Shown here piece after piece: positions 57,616 through 64,000 of a stretch of 64,000 nt of DNA. The notes under the pieces were generated by a model that was not told where the DNA came from, searched no databases, and saw only the letters and a program-made list of their open reading frames with translations. The position numbers and the translations under genes are program-made. Positions within the stretch are counted from its first letter, which is position 1; each line of letters starts with the position of its first letter. The stretch covers positions 460,566 to 524,565 of the IMG/VR virus record IMGVR_UViG_3300027749_002876, one strand, 5' to 3'.

Positions 57616-58566
57616 TTAACCGTAGGCTGCGGCTGCTAAACTATCCCTAGCAGTACCTACACCTGTAGTATCAGTAGCAACAACGCCTGTGTTTGATACT
57701 AAATTGGTTATTGCAGTTACTGAGCCACTATTACCATATCCAAATATAGCTTTATCAGCTCCATACCCGGCTGCTGAAAGAGCATACCTAGTAGTACCTA
57801 CACCTGTAGTATTTGTAGCAACAACACCGGTGTTACTTACTAAGTTGGTTGTTGCGGAAGGACCTACACTTGTGACATTTCCATACCCAAATATTGCTTT
57901 ATCAGTACCATACCCTGCGGCTGCTAGATAATATCTAGCAAGACCAACTCCTGTTGTATCTGTAGCAACTACTCCTGCATTACTTACTAAATTAGTCATT
58001 GACACTCCGCTACCGACAAGACCATATCCAAATATAGCTTTGTCAGTACCATAACCTGCAGCCGCAAGGGCAAACCTAGCAGTACCAACACCAGTGGTAT
58101 CTATGGCAACTACACCAGTGTTTGATACTAGATTGGTCATTGACAATCCGGTAAAACTTATGTTAGCACCATATCCAAATATAGCTTTATCGGTGCCATA
58201 TCCAGCGGCTGCAAGATAACCTCGCACTGTACCTACACCCGTTGTATCGGTAGCTATTACGCCTGTGTTTGATACTAAGTTAGTTAGTGAATATGCAACG
58301 GTATAACTAGCATTAAACCCATATCCAAATATAGCTTTGTCAGTACCATAACCTGCTGCCGCAAGGCCTTCTCTAGCAGTACCCACACCTGTAACATCAT
58401 TACCAACTACACCCGTGTTAGATACTAGATTAGTTATTGCTGTAACTGTACCGGTAGTTCCATATCCAAAGATAGCCTTTTGAGTGCCACCACCTCCACC
58501 CCCGCCACCAGGTGTAAACGTCCATCCGCCACTAAATGTTAATCCACCTGTTATTGTTACTGTCAT
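57616..58566 (-). CDS. Six-repeat beta-propeller-like virion/adhesin protein (paralogue 2)
   Basis: Same 6-repeat framework as 51589-52542; poly-Gly linker. Confidence 0.75.
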   Translation of the reverse strand: MTVTITGGLTFSGGWTFTPGGGGGGGGTQKAIFGYGTTGTVTAITNLVSNTGVVGNDVTGVGTAREGLAAAGYGTDKAIFGYGFNASYTVAYSLTNLVSNTGVIATDTTGVGTVRGYLAAAGYGTDKAIFGYGANISFTGLSMTNLVSNTGVVAIDTTGVGTARFALAAAGYGTDKAIFGYGLVGSGVSMTNLVSNAGVVATDTTGVGLARYYLAAAGYGTDKAIFGYGNVTSVGPSATTNLVSNTGVVATNTTGVGTTRYALSAAGYGADKAIFGYGNSGSVTAITNLVSNTGVVATDTTGVGTARDSLAAAAYG

Positions 58567-58567
58567 A

Positions 58568-59443
58568 TTATGTTGCCTTTTTCAACTTATTCCATTTATC
58601 ATATATATAGTTTTTCAACTCTATTGTATTTTTAATTTCATTGTCGTTCATGTATTTAATCAACTTCACAGCACTAGCTCTATCTCCTGCATCTGGCTTA
58701 CGTGCGTTACTTAAATCAACACCTATGTTATGATCGCCTGTAGTATCGTGATACCATAACAGGTTCTTTAGTTGTCTCTTTGCTCTATCGCTTAGATATT
58801 CCTCTTTGTCTTTTTCAATCAACTCAATCCAAGGCTTAACAAAGTCAGTTGGCTTACGAGTAGCACCTCTAGTTGGTTGACCCTTCAATACATCTTTGGC
58901 TTGACTTGGCTGAACACTCTTACGTGTATCTAATAATCTCCAAGCACTCTCATTTGTATAAAGATATGCTGGTATATCTTTTTGTTTAGCTGTTATCATT
59001 ATTTGCCGTGTTTGTGGGCTACGATATTCATTTTGTTCTTTTAATAAGATATGTATCTCTGTAACAGGTGTCATTGGTATACTTGGCTCTTTGCTGAACA
59101 CTCTATCTTCTGATTCACGTGTTCTAGTACCATCACTTTTTAACCAAGCACTATTCCAATAGTCTATTGGCTTAACAATGTATCTACTGTTGAACCAATC
59201 ACCGTTCATTTTAAACATTACACCACCCGTACCAACATATCTATGATAGTCACCAGTCGGTGTTCTTGTTAAACTTAAGAAGTATGGATAACCTTTTGGT
59301 GCATAATCTTCTTCGCTACTATTACCTGTTACACTTGCTAGTTCAAAGTTACCTGATTGTAGAATCTTTAATGCGGCATTGGTACTAGTGTAATGAAATA
59401 CTACGCTGGTTGCACGTTCTATTAAAAACTCGTTTGCTCTCAT
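58568..59443 (-). CDS. MRAxEF-leader protein, possible ADP-ribosyltransferase fold
   Basis: MRANEFLIE; VFHYT, FLSLTR, RESEDR. Confidence 0.5.
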   Translation of the reverse strand: MRANEFLIERATSVVFHYTSTNAALKILQSGNFELASVTGNSSEEDYAPKGYPYFLSLTRTPTGDYHRYVGTGGVMFKMNGDWFNSRYIVKPIDYWNSAWLKSDGTRTRESEDRVFSKEPSIPMTPVTEIHILLKEQNEYRSPQTRQIMITAKQKDIPAYLYTNESAWRLLDTRKSVQPSQAKDVLKGQPTRGATRKPTDFVKPWIELIEKDKEEYLSDRAKRQLKNLLWYHDTTGDHNIGVDLSNARKPDAGDRASAVKLIKYMNDNEIKNTIELKNYIYDKWNKLKKAT

Positions 59444-59450
59444 TATGTTA

Positions 59451-61457
59451 TTAATATGTTGGTAATGCCGCTGTGGGTGGCGTGAATGTGGTGGTGTATC
59501 TGGCCAAGCCTTTTGTGATGCGGAGATCGTCTATATAACCATTTAAATCATATACGTTATCTATAGTTTTACCTACTCTCAATGGACCTGTTGGCATCAT
59601 ACTGGTTGAGTTTGCACCGCTATAGCCCTGTACTCCATCATTGAATATTCGTAATGTTCCACTTGCTCTACAAATTGCAATATGAGTCCACGTGGCCGAA
59701 GCAACAGCAATTGAGCTGGCAATATCGCTTGCAATTAAAATATAAGGTTGATTGCTGGAATTTAACAGCACTGCCCAAGGCGATGCAGTTCCTGAACTTC
59801 TTGTGTCAAGTATTGTTTGATATGCTGATCCACCGGCTCTATAAAGCCAAAATTCTATTGTAAAATCTCCAGTACCAAATTGATTGGCCACAGAGAAAGG
59901 TGCAGTTAGATAATCACCTGTACCATCGAACGCCATACTTGATCCGCCAAATTTTGATTGTGCAGTAGAGATTTTGGCATCACCCACTGTTTCCAAGTTG
60001 TTCATCATTGCATTGTCAATGATACCAGCGTTGGTGTAGTTGAGTAGTAGGCTTGTGTTTGTGATTGCTGTTAGTGGTGATGTGGGTACGGTTACAGTGG
60101 TAACACCCGAACCTTTAACTATGCGAAGGTCTTCTATGTATGCTTTTGCATAAACAGGAGCACCGTCATTTGATGCACCAATCAACAAGGTGCCACTTGT
60201 ATCGATATTTGCAGTAACAGAAGTTGGTGTCATTGCTGATACACCATTGATAAATTGATACAATGTTCCGCTAACTCGGCTAGTAACTACATGAGTCCAG
60301 GTATTCAATGGAAAAGTTGAAGTGGTAATATAATTTGTGCCGGTATAAAAATTAAGTTTTCCGGCAGTATCCGTGTACCAAACCCAGGGAGCAACAGATC
60401 CAGTAGTAGTTCGTTTATCAAGTATTCCACTATTACCAGAAAAACTAGTTATATAAATCCACGCTTCTATTGTAAAATCACCAGTACCTAAATTTAGGGC
60501 AGCATTATTGGCCACACTCAAATAATCCCCTGAGCCGTCAAAGTATCCTGACCCACCGATTGTGCTGGCACTGTATGCGGCTGTGGGTTCGAATGGTGAG
60601 AATCGTTGTACAGTTGGTGAACCTGTTAGTGTAATGGCAAAAGTGTTTGCGGAGTTGTCAATGAATCTATTGCTTTGACAGGTTAATAATCTTGTACCCG
60701 ATATAGCAGTCAATGGAGTTGTGCTTGGAGTAAATGCTGATGAATAAACAACTGTATTTGTCAACCGGTAATTAGAAATGTAGCCAGAAAAATATGTTGG
60801 TTGATTGCCTTCAACACCAATATTGTCATTTTGGTTAAGACCAGCGGCTGCTACACCAGTATAAGTTGCAGAAGTTGTACTTAATACCCCGTTGACATAA
60901 ATTTTAATTGTAGTGCCATTAATTGTAGCCGCAATATGAGTCCATGTATTAAGTGGAACATCACTTGTAGACGCAGAATCTACATTTTTATATCCCCCGT
61001 CATACCAGTAAAATCTAACAGCTCCATTACGAATACCAAAATTAAAGTATGTTGCACCTTTAGCCTGAACGGGAGAAAACATCCAAGCAGATGCACCTGT
61101 GTTATATGCTGTTGGATACACCCATGCTTCAAATGTGGCAGTTATACCAGTAGCTGAACCTGTACAAAGAAAGTTTGATGCAGTTGTTCCTGCGGTTAAA
61201 TAACTGCTACCTGTAAAGAAATTACTCCAATTACTTCCATAAGGACTAAACGTGCCTTGTGTTGTATTACCGTTGCGAGTTATTGCAAAGTTGTTTGTAC
61301 TACCATCTAAAAATGTATTGTTCTGTGCAAGATTTGTACCATTCCCTGGTAACAACAATGAGTTGTACATAAAGTATGGGTCGTTTGCGGCAGCTCCCGA
61401 AGGTGCAAACGTCAATCCACCACTAAATGTTATACCTCCGGTTACTGTTACTGTCAT
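59451..61457 (-). CDS. Virion fibre/adhesin with three LamG (ConA-like) domains
   Basis: Three FTIE/TFEAW...WTH.A...Y(F)xNG...GYI.(D/N).R.T units; SGYFDGSGDYL. Confidence 0.85.
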   Translation of the reverse strand: MTVTVTGGITFSGGLTFAPSGAAANDPYFMYNSLLLPGNGTNLAQNNTFLDGSTNNFAITRNGNTTQGTFSPYGSNWSNFFTGSSYLTAGTTASNFLCTGSATGITATFEAWVYPTAYNTGASAWMFSPVQAKGATYFNFGIRNGAVRFYWYDGGYKNVDSASTSDVPLNTWTHIAATINGTTIKIYVNGVLSTTSATYTGVAAAGLNQNDNIGVEGNQPTYFSGYISNYRLTNTVVYSSAFTPSTTPLTAISGTRLLTCQSNRFIDNSANTFAITLTGSPTVQRFSPFEPTAAYSASTIGGSGYFDGSGDYLSVANNAALNLGTGDFTIEAWIYITSFSGNSGILDKRTTTGSVAPWVWYTDTAGKLNFYTGTNYITTSTFPLNTWTHVVTSRVSGTLYQFINGVSAMTPTSVTANIDTSGTLLIGASNDGAPVYAKAYIEDLRIVKGSGVTTVTVPTSPLTAITNTSLLLNYTNAGIIDNAMMNNLETVGDAKISTAQSKFGGSSMAFDGTGDYLTAPFSVANQFGTGDFTIEFWLYRAGGSAYQTILDTRSSGTASPWAVLLNSSNQPYILIASDIASSIAVASATWTHIAICRASGTLRIFNDGVQGYSGANSTSMMPTGPLRVGKTIDNVYDLNGYIDDLRITKGLARYTTTFTPPTAALPTY

Positions 61458-61466
61458 AATATTCCT

Positions 61467-61904
61467 TTATTCACGGTTCTTTAATATACTACGCAACATC
61501 CAACTATGTTTTTCGTGTGCGTCTAGTCGTTCAGCAATGAAGTTTGCGATACCTTGTTTGTTCTCATCTTCAGCAGAAACAAAACAACCATTTAGTAAAT
61601 CAATCATCTTTTCATTATCAGATAATAACTCAGCAAACATTAAGTGTGGACGAGGAACTTTAAGTTGGTCCTCAATGATAGTTAGTTCTGCATAACGTGA
61701 CAAACTACCCGGTGCATAGCTATCTAGTGTGCGAATATACTCTCCAATCGGGTCAATGGAATTATACACCTCAGCATAAAAATCACCTAAAAACTTGTGG
61801 TATTGCGGGAAGTTATCACCCTCTATATTAAAATGAAAACCATGTATTTTTACATAAAATGCAAAAGTACTACCTAACAATACCTTAAGATTATCTACTA
61901 ACAT
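61467..61904 (-). CDS. dps: Dps/ferritin-like DNA protection protein
   Basis: HGFHFNIEGDNFPQYH, IDPIGEYIR, HEKHSWMLRS. Confidence 0.88.
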   Translation of the reverse strand: MLVDNLKVLLGSTFAFYVKIHGFHFNIEGDNFPQYHKFLGDFYAEVYNSIDPIGEYIRTLDSYAPGSLSRYAELTIIEDQLKVPRPHLMFAELLSDNEKMIDLLNGCFVSAEDENKQGIANFIAERLDAHEKHSWMLRSILKNRE

Positions 61905-61942
61905 TTGAAATTCCTTATATAACTATATTTATCTATTTTAGC

Positions 61943-62011
61943 ATAAATAAAAGTGAGGATCGCGGTACTGGAAATACCCACCCTCTCTAATGCTAAAAAG
62001 GAGCAATCAGC
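61943..62011 (+). promoter_or_regulatory. Late-promoter motif and structured leader of HNH gene
   Basis: ATAAATA, then GAGG..GGUA-CUGGAAA-UACC..CCUC hairpin and UGCU-AAAAAGG-AGCA over the SD. Confidence 0.5.
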
Positions 62012-62608
62012 TTGACTATTTATTCAACTTCGGACCATCGTAAGATTTACGAAACACACATTGGTCCAATTCCAAAAGACATAGAAGGTCGTAGTTATGA
62101 AATTCATCATATTGACGGAAATCACAATAACAATGAATTGTCAAATTTATTGTGTGTTTCTATTAGAGAACACTATGAAATACATAAATCTCAGGGAGAC
62201 CTTAAGGCTTGTTTAATTATGTCTCAAAGAATGGGTGTTTCCCCTGAAGAAAAATCACACCTAGCAAAATTATCAAATACAGGAAAAAATAATCCAATGT
62301 ATGGTACTATTTGGATTAACGACGGAATTATTAATAAGAAAATTCGCGGAGATATACCCGAAGGCTGGGCACGAGGCAGATTAATATCACACGAACACGC
62401 TTCAAAATTTACAAAACGATCCAAAGTTGGTACTAATAACACTAGATTTAATAAGACAATTTATTGTTTTGAGAATATTAAAACACTAGAACAAATTCAT
62501 AGTACATCATATGAGTTTGCTATTAAGTATGGAGTTAGCACTGTTGGAATAAGAGGTCTCATTCAAAAAAACAAGACCTCTTATAAGGGTTGGCGAATGG
62601 TTTTTTGA
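62012..62608 (+). CDS. Free-standing HNH homing endonuclease
   Basis: YEIHHIDGNHNNN...NL...EH...H; NUMOD-like GKNNPMYG, WINDG, KGW; opposite strand to neighbours. Confidence 0.88.
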   Translation: MTIYSTSDHRKIYETHIGPIPKDIEGRSYEIHHIDGNHNNNELSNLLCVSIREHYEIHKSQGDLKACLIMSQRMGVSPEEKSHLAKLSNTGKNNPMYGTIWINDGIINKKIRGDIPEGWARGRLISHEHASKFTKRSKVGTNNTRFNKTIYCFENIKTLEQIHSTSYEFAIKYGVSTVGIRGLIQKNKTSYKGWRMVF

Positions 62609-64000
62609 TTATTCATTTCTAGGCAATACGAATACTCTACCGCCTGCTAAAATAGCCATATAGTTTCCTATGCCACGCTCACCCATTACAGCTTGGGGGA
62701 TAACAATTTGTTGCCCGCCGCGTGGTCTGATGCCACCAGGTTCTAACATAATCATTTTATATTCTTGTCCATCAACTGTAACAGTACCTGCTTGTCTATC
62801 AGCACGTTCTGCACGAACTAATCCTTGACCGGGTATAGTTGCAGTAGATGGTGTTGCCGCCGGAGCTGGATCAGTTGCTTGTTGTGTAGCAGTGGGTTTC
62901 ATTCCACCTACTTGATTACCGTCAGCATCATATGTTACACGACCGTGTGCGGCACCTGTACCTAATGCCATTGCACCAGTCAATGCGGCGGCACCTAATT
63001 TTTGTTTCCAACCTTCGTCTACATTTTCATTAGACTTTTTCTTTGTATCAACATTGATAGCTTTACCACTACGATCTGGATTAGGATCTTCTCTACGCTT
63101 ACGTTGAGCGGCACTTGCACGACCCTTCTTACCTAAACTATGCGCTTTACTTTGAGGCAAGCATTTTGGTTTACCTTCTCCTGGTTCTCTAGCACACGGA
63201 CCTTTAATCTTTCCTTTAGTATCCATGCGAACCCATTTTTCTTTGTTGAACCAATCGTGCAAACTTTCATCTGCTTGTTCAATACCTTCTAGTATAGAAC
63301 TTTCATTCTTCTTTCCACCGTTGCCCCAGTTACTTGCACCTTTTTTACGACATTTAACTAATGCCCCAGACGCATAAGCACTTGGCCATACTTTATAACG
63401 ACTCTTTACTTTATAGTAGCAAGCATCTTTCTTTTCGTTCATTAGTTCTTCGCTAACCATTTCACCACCACAGTGTGGGCAACTATGTTGTGCTTCCGCC
63501 ACACCTTGCTGACCCGGCACTGTATCAACAATGTTTATCATTTTATCAGGAACTATTTGTACAGGAACATTGCCGTTGTATCCGGCGGCTTGGTATGCGA
63601 TAAATCTATGATTCCCATCTATTACAAAAAGTTTACCTTTGTTATTCCAAACAACTAACGGACCTAATTTCCCATTTTGTTTTAGTTGTGGTAAAAGATT
63701 GTTATTGACCCATTGAGCAACCTTTGGATCCTTCATTGACTTACCATTTTCCCACATTTGTAATTTATTAAAAGGTGCTTCAGTTACTGGCAAACTTTTC
63801 TTTATCCTGTCATCAACAGTAGCACCTTTATAAGCAGGATTTGTGTAGATAGTTACTAGTTGCTGTTCCAAGGCTTCCGCCACACCTTGCTGTCCTAGTA
63901 ATGATTGCACCCAAGGAATGAACGTGTTAATGATCCAGTCATTGTGCTGTTTGCTTTTGTCCAGTGTGCTGGAATCTGCCACACGACCGTTTATGGTCAC
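62609..64000 (-). CDS. Modular polyprotein-like late protein (5' end beyond window) with ParB-like domain
   Basis: QQGVAE x2; VIDGNHR ParB motif; CPHC; DACYYKVKSRYKVWPSAYASG and WFNKEKWV...KCLP modules; internal signal-peptide-like segment. Confidence 0.75.
   Translation of the reverse strand: MTINGRVADSSTLDKSKQHNDWIINTFIPWVQSLLGQQGVAEALEQQLVTIYTNPAYKGATVDDRIKKSLPVTEAPFNKLQMWENGKSMKDPKVAQWVNNNLLPQLKQNGKLGPLVVWNNKGKLFVIDGNHRFIAYQAAGYNGNVPVQIVPDKMINIVDTVPGQQGVAEAQHSCPHCGGEMVSEELMNEKKDACYYKVKSRYKVWPSAYASGALVKCRKKGASNWGNGGKKNESSILEGIEQADESLHDWFNKEKWVRMDTKGKIKGPCAREPGEGKPKCLPQSKAHSLGKKGRASAAQRKRREDPNPDRSGKAINVDTKKKSNENVDEGWKQKLGAAALTGAMALGTGAAHGRVTYDADGNQVGGMKPTATQQATDPAPAATPSTATIPGQGLVRAERADRQAGTVTVDGQEYKMIMLEPGGIRPRGGQQIVIPQAVMGERGIGNYMAILAGGRVFVLPRNE
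63492..63892. repeat. Exact 20-bp direct repeat flanking ParB-like domain
   Basis: gcttccgccacaccttgctg at 63492-63511 and 63873-63892 (encodes QQGVAE on minus). Confidence 0.9.

Noticed and set aside
51589-58566. Diversity-generating retroelement acting on the repeat proteins
   Set aside because: No reverse transcriptase or non-coding template repeat in the window, and variation includes length changes rather than adenine-specific substitutions.
157-63658. Numerous plus-strand and nested ORFs of 60-147 aa in the track (e.g. 157-354, 2150-2545, 15108-15524, 30594-31010, 61252-61695)
   Set aside because: They are antisense or off-frame shadows of well-supported genes, without RBS, promoter or motifs.
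1-64000. Stop-codon reassignment as in some jumbo phages; inteins in polymerase or ligase
   Set aside because: Core genes are full-length in the standard code with dense packing, and lengths and motifs leave no room for inteins.

Overview
This window is a 64-kb segment of a large, AT-rich lytic dsDNA phage (T4-like or jumbo type). The host is probably a proteobacterium, inferred from the chaperone genes. Nearly all genes lie on the minus strand and use the standard genetic code. From left to right: (i) 1-3.4 kb and 19-24 kb are arrays of small early genes, many preceded by a near-identical TTGACA-17-TATAAT promoter cassette. (ii) 3.4-12.7 kb carries a phage-borne proteostasis and translation set (clpP, clpS, hsp20, dnaK, rpsU/bS21, clpX), with two ROSE-like RNA thermometers. 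(iii) Next come envelope lipoproteins, DNA ligase, RNase H, a nuclease-methylase fusion and uvsE. (iv) 33.9-47.1 kb is a 7-deazaguanine DNA-modification cluster (folE, queD, queE, a second T-fold protein and a DpdA/TGT-like enzyme; no queC in the window). It is interleaved with two glycosyltransferases, nucleotidyltransferases, an epimerase, and APS-kinase-like and sulfotransferase-like genes. It also has a preQ1-like pseudoknot upstream of queD and a homing endonuclease that duplicated the start of queE. (v) A sliding clamp, family B DNA polymerase and tilS follow. (vi) 51.5-64 kb is a late region with hypervariable six-repeat propeller proteins and proteins bearing a T4-CTS-like MRAxEF leader. 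Several look like protease-processed polyproteins with internal signal peptides, and one domain is bracketed by an exact 20-bp repeat. No tRNA or CRISPR array was recognised. All assignments come from reading motifs by eye; no searches were run.
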